Shown: positions 50,910 to 60,076, counted from the first letter of the stretch. The stretch is DNA of 64,000 bases from Candidatus Gallispira sp. (GCA_048359195.1 DBGCRA010000196.1:843-64842); one strand, 5' to 3'. The notes: generated by a model not told the origin, from the letters alone. Numbers and translations: made by a program.

Positions 50910-52973
50910 ATGAAGCTTAAAAAAATAATATCGCTTACTCTTAGTTTGGTGCTGACAATGTCAGTATCAGCATTCGTCTATGCTGAAACTACAGATTTTA
51001 AACCGATAATCTACAATTTTACATCAGATTACATTCAGGGTTCAAAGGTTATAAAAAAGGTAAATAAGTATGACTGTGATACAGGCTATGGTTTTGTGAA
51101 CAAAACAACATCTATGCCTGAAAGAACTGTCAATATGTCAAAAATCAAGACAGAGGACAATGGCTTTACTATTGTTGAGCAAAGTGTGTCTATGTTTAAT
51201 ACGATTGACAAAGACGGCAATAAGCTTGATATTAATAAGGCTACCTGCTACAACTATGGTGGTATGGTATTCAGAGTAAAGGCACCTGCCGGCGGATATC
51301 ATATTGAAGTAGATATTGAGGGCGGTGAAAATAACGCTCTTTTAAGTGTAAGCGCAATGCAGACTTACAGGCTTGAAAATTCGCCTTACTGGGATGCTGC
51401 AAAGAAAGTACCTAACTTACACCCTGCCAAGTGGGAGGGTGATATATGGTCCTTTGACTATGCCAATGGCAGAGATTTTATTGATATTGAAATTGAGGCA
51501 AAGGAAATAAATAAGCCGGTTACACTAAGGACTATTAAGATAACTCCTGTTGAAAATAAGATTAGTGAGAAACCGTCAGTTTATCTTCTTGGAGATTCCA
51601 CTTTAAAGTCTTATCTTTTTGAGGAAGCACCTATGTGCGGTTGGGGTCAGGTATTTGACAGACTTTTTGACAGCAGCAAAATTAATGTGGTAAATTACTC
51701 AATGGGAGGTCGTTCCGTTAAACAGATGTATCAGGAGGGCAGATTAAACGATGTTCTTATGACAGGCTGTGAGGGCGATTTTGTACTTATTCAGTCAGGC
51801 CACAATGATGAGAAAAAGGGCAGTGATACAGGTACTGCATCTGACCCTACGGCACGTTTTGGCGTTGGCTCAACGGAGGCTATGTATAAGGAATATCTTG
51901 AAAAGTGTTATATTCCGGCAATAGAAGCCAGAGGTATGATTCCTGTCCTTGTTACGCCTATGACAAGAACAAGCAAGTATGAGGATGGTCAGTTTAAGAA
52001 TACATTTACAACAGAGGACAGAGAGTTTGTTAAGGTAATGAAAAATGTTGCATCTGAAATGAATGTACCTCTTGTGGATTTAAACACATTAAGCTGTGAA
52101 TATCTTACAGAAATAGGTTATGATGAGGCTATGGCTGTTGTAATGAGTCTTGAGGCAGGAGAAACTCCGGGCAAAACCAATAGCGGAAGCTATGCCAACG
52201 GTCATCCTGACAATAAGATTGATACAACTCATATGAAGGAGGCACTTGCAAAGCAGTATGCAAGGCTTGTTGTTGAGGAAATAAAAACTCTTTCAGATGC
52301 TTATACACAGCTAAAGCCAATGACAGATTCAATGACTTCTGATGTTAAGGCAGGAAATTGGGAAAAGGTTTATCCTGAGGTTTGCAAGGATGTTAAGGGT
52401 GAAAATGCTTATTACAGAAATCAGATAGAAAAAATGGTACAGCTTGGCATAATGTATAAAAACAGTGAAGGTTGTTTTGAGCCAAAGGCAGAAATGACCG
52501 TAGAAGATTATGCTGATGCTATGGCTAAGCTTTATGGCAGTGACAAGGTAGATACTTCAAAATACGGCACAGGCATACTTACAAGAGAGGTAATGGCACA
52601 AATTAATCTTGATGCTTATAAAGCCAATTTCGGTCAAAAGCCTAAGTATATGACAGACTATAATGGCACAAATATTTCTCCTGATGACCCTAATTATGAT
52701 CCTAATTTAGTAGGCGAGGAGGCTCAGTATTATCCTCTTGTAGGCTATGGCAATATTACTGATAAGGATGAAATTTCAGCAGAATACAAGGAAACTGTGG
52801 AGGAGGCTTATGAGCTTGGTTTAATCCGCAGTGAGGACGTTGAAAGAGGTAAAATGGAAAATGGCTATACTCTTGATCCTAAGGGTGTTGTTACAAGAGA
52901 AAAGGCGGCTAAGTCACTTTATTTTATGTATGTTCTTGGGTCTGATATAAATAGTGAGAATGATGTATATTAA
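50910..52973 (+). CDS. Secreted SGNH/GDSL esterase (rhamnogalacturonan acetylesterase CE12-like) with N-terminal binding module and C-terminal SLH-like repeats
   Basis: Signal peptide. VYLLGDSTLKSY (GDS block), GWGQ, SMGGRS, GHNDE blocks. SLH-like segments in the C-terminal third. Confidence 0.75.
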   Translation: MKLKKIISLTLSLVLTMSVSAFVYAETTDFKPIIYNFTSDYIQGSKVIKKVNKYDCDTGYGFVNKTTSMPERTVNMSKIKTEDNGFTIVEQSVSMFNTIDKDGNKLDINKATCYNYGGMVFRVKAPAGGYHIEVDIEGGENNALLSVSAMQTYRLENSPYWDAAKKVPNLHPAKWEGDIWSFDYANGRDFIDIEIEAKEINKPVTLRTIKITPVENKISEKPSVYLLGDSTLKSYLFEEAPMCGWGQVFDRLFDSSKINVVNYSMGGRSVKQMYQEGRLNDVLMTGCEGDFVLIQSGHNDEKKGSDTGTASDPTARFGVGSTEAMYKEYLEKCYIPAIEARGMIPVLVTPMTRTSKYEDGQFKNTFTTEDREFVKVMKNVASEMNVPLVDLNTLSCEYLTEIGYDEAMAVVMSLEAGETPGKTNSGSYANGHPDNKIDTTHMKEALAKQYARLVVEEIKTLSDAYTQLKPMTDSMTSDVKAGNWEKVYPEVCKDVKGENAYYRNQIEKMVQLGIMYKNSEGCFEPKAEMTVEDYADAMAKLYGSDKVDTSKYGTGILTREVMAQINLDAYKANFGQKPKYMTDYNGTNISPDDPNYDPNLVGEEAQYYPLVGYGNITDKDEISAEYKETVEEAYELGLIRSEDVERGKMENGYTLDPKGVVTREKAAKSLYFMYVLGSDINSENDVY

Positions 52974-52975
52974 TT

Positions 52976-53018
52976 AAATTATTGTTTATTTCACCAAAGG
53001 TGAAATAAACAATAATTT
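52976..53018. repeat. Palindromic intergenic repeat, copy 4 (AAATTATTGTTTATTTCACC-AAA-GGTGAAATAAACAATAATTT)
   Basis: 20-nt perfect arms, beginning 3 nt after the stop codon. Confidence 0.9.
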
Positions 53019-53076
53019 TAATTCAATGGCAAAACTTTCAAGACTGTTTGGCACGGCTATAAATAGTCATTTATAG

Positions 53077-53120
53077 AGTTTGTATGCCCCAAATGCGTAC
53101 GCGTTTTGGGCATACAAACT
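53077..53120. terminator. Long hairpin abutting the 3' end of the minus-strand deacetylase gene
   Basis: AGTTTGTATGCCCCAAA-(tgcgtacgcg)-TTTTGGGCATACAAACT, about 16 bp with one bulge. Confidence 0.6.
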
Positions 53121-53894
53121 TTAATTTATAACCTCACTTACAAATACAAAATCTACCTTATCCCCCACTTCATTTGTTACTTCCTTTATAGCCTTGGCAG
53201 TAACCGTTCCTCCTTCGGCGCCAACGTGACCTATAGCAATGGCACTTCCTTTTTCCTCAGCAATTTTTACTGCTTTTCTTATATTTTCCTTTATTTTATT
53301 TATATCTTGGGTGCTGTCAAGAAATACATCTCTTTTACCATAAGGAATGCCAACTTCTTTGGCAGCTTCACCTGCAACGGATTTCCCTGTTGTAACGCTG
53401 TCAATATAAAACCAACCTCTTTCTTTGGCAATTTCAAGCATAGCTTTCATTTTTTCTCTATCCTCGGTTATAAGGGATCCCATATGGTTATTAAAGCCAA
53501 CAGCATTTTTTAGCTGGTCAGCGTTTTTGGTAAATGTTTCCTTTACCTCATCAATAGACATATTACCTAAAATTGGAGTTTCCCCAAGCCAGCTTCTTTG
53601 ACCTGTATGAGCTTCCATAGGCTGATGAAGTATTACTTCCTTGCCCTTTGAAATTAAAAGATTTTCTTCCTCCACGCTTTTGGGCATATAGGGCATAACT
53701 GCTCCTGTAAATTTTATGGGAAGGTTTAACATTTCTTCCGTTCCGGCAGAGCCGTTGCCAAAGTCATCTATAATTATTGCTACCTTTGGTTTTTCCATAT
53801 TTGCTGTGGTTTTGGTTTTGGGGTGAATAAGCCTTAGAATTAAAACTAAAAATATAAGTAAAAGGACTATAATAATTATTTTGCTTATTTTCAT
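53121..53894 (-). CDS. Divergent polysaccharide deacetylase family protein (YibQ-like)
   Basis: N-terminal TM, then VAIIIDDFGN...HQPME...NNHMGS pattern. Confidence 0.78.
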   Translation of the reverse strand: MKISKIIIIVLLLIFLVLILRLIHPKTKTTANMEKPKVAIIIDDFGNGSAGTEEMLNLPIKFTGAVMPYMPKSVEEENLLISKGKEVILHQPMEAHTGQRSWLGETPILGNMSIDEVKETFTKNADQLKNAVGFNNHMGSLITEDREKMKAMLEIAKERGWFYIDSVTTGKSVAGEAAKEVGIPYGKRDVFLDSTQDINKIKENIRKAVKIAEEKGSAIAIGHVGAEGGTVTAKAIKEVTNEVGDKVDFVFVSEVIN

Positions 53895-53954
53895 ATTTAC
53901 ACCTCTGCTTTTTTTTGTTAAAATTATTGTAAATAATTAAGAAGGAGAATAGTT

Positions 53955-54500
53955 ATGAAATTAATGTTTGCGTCTGATATTCACGGCTCTCTTTATTATG
54001 CTGAAAAAACTGTTGAAGCATATAAGGAAGAAAAGGCTGAAAAACTTGTTTTACTTGGAGATTTGTTATACCACGGTCCAAGAAACGATTTGCCAAAGGA
54101 CTATAATCCAAAGGCTGTTATTGCACTTTTAAACAGCATTAAGGCAGAAATTGTTGCCGTAAGGGGCAACTGTGAAGCAGAAGTTGACCAAATGGTTCTT
54201 GAATTTCCTGTTATGGCAGAGTATGCCCTTATGTTTGTTGAGGGCAGAATGTGGTTTATTACTCATGGTCATAACTTTAATACATCTAATCCCCCAATGC
54301 TTAAAAAGGGTGACCTTCTTATTCACGGTCACACCCATATTCAGGCTATGGAAGAACAGCCTGAAGGCTATGTTTATATTAATCCGGGTTCTGTGTCAAT
54401 ACCTAAAAACGGCAATAAACACAGCTATATGATTTATGAAGCCGGTAAATTTACAATTAAGGATTTTGAGGGAAACAAAATAAAGGAGTATAATTTATAA
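53955..54500 (+). CDS. YfcE-type metallophosphoesterase
   Basis: MKLMFASDIHGS, LGDLLYHGPRN, VRGNCE, THGH, IHGHTH motifs. Confidence 0.85.
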   Translation: MKLMFASDIHGSLYYAEKTVEAYKEEKAEKLVLLGDLLYHGPRNDLPKDYNPKAVIALLNSIKAEIVAVRGNCEAEVDQMVLEFPVMAEYALMFVEGRMWFITHGHNFNTSNPPMLKKGDLLIHGHTHIQAMEEQPEGYVYINPGSVSIPKNGNKHSYMIYEAGKFTIKDFEGNKIKEYNL

Positions 54501-55489
54501 TGTCTACACTTATTTTTTCCATTAATGCAGTAATGCCTATTATTTTAGTCATTTTTCTTGGCTATTTTTTGCAGAAAATAGAGCTTTTGCCTGAAAGCTT
54601 TTTTATAAATGCCAATAAACTTGCCTTTAATGTGGCTATTCCTGTTTATCTTTTTTACAGTGTTTATAATATCGAAAGTATTTCCGATATTAACTGGAAA
54701 CTGGTGCTTACTGCGGCACTGCTTGTTGTTGCAGCCTGTGGCCTGGCTACTCTGTTCTTTATGGTTTATACTAAGGACAGCGGTAAAAGAGGCGTGCTTA
54801 TACAGTGTGCTTTCCGTTCCAACTATGCTATTATAGGTATTCCTTTGGCTAAGGCAATGGGCGGTGAGGCAGCTCTTGCTACTGCTGCCGTTGTTTCTGC
54901 CATAGGTATTCCTACATTTAATATTCTTGCTGTAGTTGTACTTTCTGTTTTCAGCTATGACAACAGCGGTAAAAAAACATCAGCTTTGGATATTTTTAAG
55001 TCAATATGTAAAAATCCTCTTATAATAGGTGTAGGCTGTGCCTTGGTGTGCCTTGTTTTAAGGAATTATGTGCCTTTTACAATTAAAGAGGATATACCAT
55101 TCCTTTATGAAACCATTAAGGACGTAGGCTCCATAGCATCACCTATTGCACTTCTTGTATTGGGCGGAAGATTTCGGGTGTCTGCCATTAAGGAGCTTGC
55201 AAGGGATATTACTCTTGGCGTGCTTTGGCGTCTTGTTATTGTACCTGCAATATGCCTTACTGCAATTTTGCTTATTGCAAAAACCGGATTTTTCCCATTG
55301 ACAAAGGCTGATTTCCCTGCACTTATTGCTTTTTACGGTTCTCCTGTTGCCGTAAGCTCTGCTATTATGGCTGAAAGTATGCATAACCACGGTGAGCTTG
55401 CAAGACAGCTTGTAATATGGTGTAATGTGGCATCAATTATTACTGTATTTTCAATGATAGTTTTATTTAAAAGTGTTGGACTTATATGA
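54500..55489 (+). CDS. AEC (auxin efflux carrier) family transporter
   Basis: 329 aa, about 10 TM, with a typical AEC N-terminus. ATG overlaps the upstream stop (TAATG). Confidence 0.82.
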   Translation: MSTLIFSINAVMPIILVIFLGYFLQKIELLPESFFINANKLAFNVAIPVYLFYSVYNIESISDINWKLVLTAALLVVAACGLATLFFMVYTKDSGKRGVLIQCAFRSNYAIIGIPLAKAMGGEAALATAAVVSAIGIPTFNILAVVVLSVFSYDNSGKKTSALDIFKSICKNPLIIGVGCALVCLVLRNYVPFTIKEDIPFLYETIKDVGSIASPIALLVLGGRFRVSAIKELARDITLGVLWRLVIVPAICLTAILLIAKTGFFPLTKADFPALIAFYGSPVAVSSAIMAESMHNHGELARQLVIWCNVASIITVFSMIVLFKSVGLI

Positions 55490-55498
55490 TTTTTAATT

Positions 55499-55525
55499 CG
55501 GCATAGGGGATCAGCCCCTATGTCG
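55499..55525. terminator. Bidirectional hairpin CGGCATAGGGG-atcag-CCCCTATGTCG
   Basis: 11-bp stem between convergent genes. Sequence-similar to the post-gyrA hairpin. Confidence 0.65.
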
Positions 55526-55529
55526 TAAT

Positions 55530-55907
55530 TTATTTTAGATTTATTCCTATTACTCCGCCTAAACCGCCTCCTGCTATGGCAAGCATAAGGCTTACAATAA
55601 GTTTAGATGTAACAGAATAATCAGGTATAAGGGCAAAGCCTAAAATACACATTATGGCAACATAGCTTATTCCTGAAATTATTCCCCAAATAAGTCCGCC
55701 CTTATTTGCTGATCCTGCCGTAATAAGTCCGCTTAATATACAGACCAGGGCTGTAGTAACTTTTATTACCGTTCCAATGTGTTTTTCGTTTATATCAGTG
55801 TATGTGATCAGCAGAGCAAAGATAATAAATACAGCCATTGTAATTATGTAGCTTATTAGTATACCCTTAAACAGGGCAAAAACAGGTGAACTTTTGGATT
55901 TGAACAT
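55530..55907 (-). CDS. TIGR04086-family small membrane protein
   Basis: About 125 aa, 4 TM, Gly-rich C-terminus. Start at MFKSKSS after a GGGAGG SD. Confidence 0.7.
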   Translation of the reverse strand: MFKSKSSPVFALFKGILISYIITMAVFIIFALLITYTDINEKHIGTVIKVTTALVCILSGLITAGSANKGGLIWGIISGISYVAIMCILGFALIPDYSVTSKLIVSLMLAIAGGGLGGVIGINLK

Positions 55908-55961
55908 AAAAAAACCTCCCGAATATCTTTTTATAATTAAGATATTCAAGGAGGTTTATTT

Positions 55962-56600
55962 TTATACCTTAAATTTATTTACTTCTTTAATAAGCCTTTG
56001 ACAGGCAGAACCAATATCCTTCTGTGCAAATATGGCAGATACTACAGCTATACCGCTGACACCATAGTCATAGAGAAGGTGAGCATTTTCTTCATTAATG
56101 CCGCCTATTGCCACTGTGGGAATGTTAACGGCAGCATTTATACTTTGCGCAAGCTCTCTGGTCATATGTGTGGTACCTTCTTTTGTGGTAGTGTTAAATA
56201 CCGCACCTATACCAAGATAGTCTGCACCTTCATTATATGCCTTAATGGCTCTTTCCAGGGTTCTTGCAGTGCCTCCGACAATTTTATTGTTTCCAAGTAT
56301 TTCCCTCGCTTTTTTAACAGACATATCATCAGCACCAATATGTACACCGTCAGCGTCAATTTCTTTGCAAAGCTCTACATTGTCATTAATAATAAGAGGT
56401 ATGTTGTATTTGTCCGTAACCTTTTTTATGTCAACGGCAATTTCCTTAGATTCAGCGTAAGGAGTGTCCTTTTCTCTTATCTGTATAATTGTTGCTCCGC
56501 CCTTTATTGCTTCCTCTACTGCTTGTGAAAGGCTTTTGTCTTTTAGCCACCGGCGATCTGTTATGGCATATAGCTTTAAGCTGTTTGATGTGAATTTCAT
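55962..56600 (-). CDS. thiE: Thiamine-phosphate synthase
   Basis: LYAITDR..., GATIIQIREK, INDNVELC...DGVHIG, AIGGI motifs. Confidence 0.92.
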   Translation of the reverse strand: MKFTSNSLKLYAITDRRWLKDKSLSQAVEEAIKGGATIIQIREKDTPYAESKEIAVDIKKVTDKYNIPLIINDNVELCKEIDADGVHIGADDMSVKKAREILGNNKIVGGTARTLERAIKAYNEGADYLGIGAVFNTTTKEGTTHMTRELAQSINAAVNIPTVAIGGINEENAHLLYDYGVSGIAVVSAIFAQKDIGSACQRLIKEVNKFKV

Positions 56601-56645
56601 TGTTGACTCTCCTTTGGGTATAAATATTAATTTAACTATACCATT

Positions 56646-57668
56646 TCACTCGCCCCTTTTCAACCCCTTTAGTTTTTCAATTTCCTTTTTCAATTTTTCA
56701 ACTTCATTAAAGCTGTTATTTATAAAGGGGCAATATCTGACTTCATAAGGAAAATTCACATCAGTTATAAGCTCTGATGCAACAAAATTATCAGGGCTTT
56801 GCTTTGTATAGTCATAAAATACGGTTTTATTAAACACAAACTGTTCAATGCTTTCTGTTCTTCTGAATGTATTACCCATATCATAGGAGATTATTCTGTT
56901 ATTTCCCAAAATAGTGGAAAATATAATTACTATTTTGCTGTTTTCTATTGAAATATGACAGCCCTTTACAAAACCATCATAAAGAATTTTTGTTTTTGAA
57001 ATCCCGCCGTTGTCTTTTTTTATATAAATAAGCCTGTTACCTCTGTTAGTAAGCACAACAGCACATAAATGGATTTCATCACAGGTCAGTGCAAGGGAAT
57101 AGTCGAGTATTTTATAACCTGTTGAATAAAGCATTTTAAATTCACCTATTGAGTATCTGCCTATTTCTCTGTAGCCTATTTGCTGTTCAGGGACATTTTT
57201 GGAATAAAACAGTATGTAGTTATCCCCTATGCTTACAAGTTTTGTTAAATTGGCATTTGATATGTATTTGTCAAGGGGAACAGCCTTTGACCAGCTTCCG
57301 TCTTCTCTCCTATGCTGTTCCGTAATATAGCTTTCACTGATATAATCCCTGTTATAAAAGAGTTGTATTGTATTTTCCCTTAATATACCTTTAATATGTA
57401 GGGGAGAAGAGCCCTCTGATGTATTTCTCAGGACCATTCTGTGAGGATTGTCGCCTCTTGCTGCCATTAAATTTCCTTTACTGTCCTGATAAAGTATAAC
57501 AGGTTCTCCCTCCGGACAGCCCATAATGGAAAAGCCTCCCATGGTGTTTTTGGCTATTATTTTTGCTTCATTCCATTTATCATCATTTCTTTTTCTTATG
57601 CGGATGGTACTTTTTTCTTTGTATATTGCATATATCGTTTCATTGTTTCTTACTATGCAGCTTTCCAT
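56646..57668 (-). CDS. Hypothetical protein, repeated beta-strand units with short C-terminal coiled coil
   Basis: 340-aa ORF upstream of and co-oriented with thiE. No recognisable catalytic motif. Confidence 0.65.
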   Translation of the reverse strand: MESCIVRNNETIYAIYKEKSTIRIRKRNDDKWNEAKIIAKNTMGGFSIMGCPEGEPVILYQDSKGNLMAARGDNPHRMVLRNTSEGSSPLHIKGILRENTIQLFYNRDYISESYITEQHRREDGSWSKAVPLDKYISNANLTKLVSIGDNYILFYSKNVPEQQIGYREIGRYSIGEFKMLYSTGYKILDYSLALTCDEIHLCAVVLTNRGNRLIYIKKDNGGISKTKILYDGFVKGCHISIENSKIVIIFSTILGNNRIISYDMGNTFRRTESIEQFVFNKTVFYDYTKQSPDNFVASELITDVNFPYEVRYCPFINNSFNEVEKLKKEIEKLKGLKRGE

Positions 57669-57802
57669 ATTATCATTCTCCTTTCTGCTTTTATTTTATG
57701 TTATTTCAAATTTTATAGTACAAAAAAGTTACTTTGGTATTTTCAACTTTGGTTATTTGTGGTATACTAATGTATATGTACAAAGAAAGGAAAAAATATA
57801 TT

Positions 57803-58498
57803 ATGAAAGAAAAATTAAGCTTTAATAAAATAGTTTATATAATTATAGGAATTTTAATTGCTGTAATTATTTTGACGGCAATATTTATTGCTGTAAATAA
57901 TAAGTCAACTGATGTTGAAACACTTGAAACTGATAATGGCGGCAGTGATGTAGAGTACCATGTCAATACAGAAGCAGAAATTTCAGAAATTGAAGAGGGT
58001 GATTTACCTTCAAAGAGTGAGCTTAGTGAGCTTGGACTTGAAAATGTAATGCAGACAAGTAAAATTAATCAGCAGTTTAATTTGAATAATTATGAAATTA
58101 CCGATAATGGTATTAAATACAATTATCTTGCAAATGCTGTTACTAACGGAGAAAGACTTTCAATAACAGCAAAGGCAATGACAGAAGCAGAGTATAGTGA
58201 AATGCTGCCAAAAGCAAAGGCACAGAATGGTACTGTAGGAGATGTAGATGTTGTTTATAATAACAGAAGTCTTTACCACACAACAGATGAAACCGGTCTT
58301 CCGGCATATATTAAAAAAGCACAGGAGGCAGGTAATGTTGTTGTAAGAGAGGGCAATTCTCTTTCTGAGCTTTTGCCAATGCAGCAGCTTATGTGGTACA
58401 GTGACGGCATAGGTTACACGCTTGAGTCTATTGCAAGAAACTATACTTACGATGATATGGCGGCACTTGCAGAAGATTTTTTCAATCAGGTAAAATAA
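57803..58498 (+). CDS. Membrane-anchored hypothetical protein
   Basis: ATG 57803 after an AAAGGAAA SD. N-terminal TM (IVYIIIGILIAVIILTAIFIAV) and a soluble C-terminal domain. Confidence 0.6.
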   Translation: MKEKLSFNKIVYIIIGILIAVIILTAIFIAVNNKSTDVETLETDNGGSDVEYHVNTEAEISEIEEGDLPSKSELSELGLENVMQTSKINQQFNLNNYEITDNGIKYNYLANAVTNGERLSITAKAMTEAEYSEMLPKAKAQNGTVGDVDVVYNNRSLYHTTDETGLPAYIKKAQEAGNVVVREGNSLSELLPMQQLMWYSDGIGYTLESIARNYTYDDMAALAEDFFNQVK

Positions 58499-58522
58499 TT
58501 TAATTTAAGGGGATAGATTTTA

Positions 58523-59896
58523 ATGTTATTAAAGGATTTTAATAAAATTCATTTTATAGGCATAGGCGGCATAAGTATGTCAAGTCTTGCAGAAATACTT
58601 TTGCACAAGGGTAAGAAAATAAGCGGCTCTGACGGTGTTCAGTCAGCAGTTACCAATAGTCTTGTTGAAATGGGTATTAGTGTAGAAATAGGTCAGAGGG
58701 CAGAAAATATTAACGATGATATTGACCTTGTAGTTTACACTGCGGCAGTTAATGAAGATAACCCTGAACTTGTGGCGGCAAGAACCTCTAAGGCAGTTGT
58801 TATAGACAGAGCGGAACTTGTAGGTATGCTTATGCTTGAATACAAGCATCCTATTTCAGTTGCGGGTACTCACGGTAAGACTACAACATCTTCACTTGTT
58901 ACTGAAATTCTGCTTGCAGCAAATGCAGAGCCTACAGTATCAATAGGTGGTATGCTGCCAAGTATAGGGGGCAATTACAAAATAGGCAGTGATGATTATT
59001 TTGTGCTTGAAACTTGTGAATACTGCGACAGCTTTTTGAAGTTTAATCCTCATTCAGCTATAATTTTAAATGTCGATAAGGACCATATAGATTATTTCAA
59101 AAATCTTGATAATATTTATAAGTCCTTTAATAAGTTTGCAAAGAGACTGCCCAAAAACGGTTTTTTAATTATTAATAATGAAATTCCAAGATTTGATGAG
59201 GTTGTTGATGGTATTAATTGTCCTTATGAAACTTATGGAATTGACAGCAGTGCAGACTGGTATGCAACAAATATAAGCTATAATTCAATGGGTCACGGTA
59301 CTTATAAGGTTAATTACAGGGGCAAAGAAATTGCTGAAGTAAGTCTTTCTATACCGGGTGAGCATAATGTGTATAACTCACTTTCAGCATTTGCTCTTTG
59401 TTATAGGTATGGTGTTTTGGTTGATGATATTGTTAAGGGTATTGACAATTACCACGGTACAGACAGACGTTTTCAGTATAAGGGAAGCTTTAATGGTGTG
59501 CAGGTAATAGATGATTATGCCCATCACCCAACGGAAATTGCAGCTACAATAAACAGTGCAAGGGCAAATGATATTGGAAAGCTTTGTATAGTTTTTCAGC
59601 CTCATACCTATACAAGAACATACGAACTTTTAGACGATTTTGCAAAAGTCCTTTCAAAAGCGGATAAAGTGGTACTTGTAGATATATATGCCTCAAGAGA
59701 AAAGGATACCGGTCTTGTCAGCAGCAAGGATTTAGCACAAAAGATTGTCGAACATGGCGGAGATGCAGAGTACTGCGGAACGTTTGAAAATGCCGAAAAT
59801 TATATTATTAACAATTGTAATCCACAGGATATGTTGATAACTATGGGTGCAGGTGATATAGTAAAATTAGGGGAAAAGCTTGTATCACAGCAGTAA
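58523..59896 (+). CDS. murC: UDP-N-acetylmuramate--L-alanine ligase
   Basis: HFIGIGGISMSSLAEIL, VAGTHGKTTTSS, DDYAHHPTEI. Confidence 0.95.
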   Translation: MLLKDFNKIHFIGIGGISMSSLAEILLHKGKKISGSDGVQSAVTNSLVEMGISVEIGQRAENINDDIDLVVYTAAVNEDNPELVAARTSKAVVIDRAELVGMLMLEYKHPISVAGTHGKTTTSSLVTEILLAANAEPTVSIGGMLPSIGGNYKIGSDDYFVLETCEYCDSFLKFNPHSAIILNVDKDHIDYFKNLDNIYKSFNKFAKRLPKNGFLIINNEIPRFDEVVDGINCPYETYGIDSSADWYATNISYNSMGHGTYKVNYRGKEIAEVSLSIPGEHNVYNSLSAFALCYRYGVLVDDIVKGIDNYHGTDRRFQYKGSFNGVQVIDDYAHHPTEIAATINSARANDIGKLCIVFQPHTYTRTYELLDDFAKVLSKADKVVLVDIYASREKDTGLVSSKDLAQKIVEHGGDAEYCGTFENAENYIINNCNPQDMLITMGAGDIVKLGEKLVSQQ

Positions 59897-59905
59897 TTCA
59901 CAAAG

Positions 59906-59967
59906 TTATCCTACTTATCCACAAAAACAAAACATATTTTCGTGTGGACAAAGCTAAGTTTTCCACA
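59906..59967. promoter_or_regulatory. DnaA-box cluster (4 boxes in 62 bp)
   Basis: TTATCCTAC (59906), perfect TTATCCACA (59915), TGTGGACAA (59943, rc TTGTCCACA) and TTTTCCACA (59959). Confidence 0.6.
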
Positions 59968-60076
59968 AGTTTTGATGTTTTCGAAAAATTATCGAACATT
60001 GTTACACTTAGATTACAAACATTACAACAAAATTACAGACATGTATGACAAATATGTTAAAAAACGAAAATATATA

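Noticed and set aside
53106-53513. 135-aa plus-strand ORF
   Set aside because: Antisense to the YibQ-like deacetylase gene. Phe/Tyr/Asn-rich composition typical of a spurious frame.
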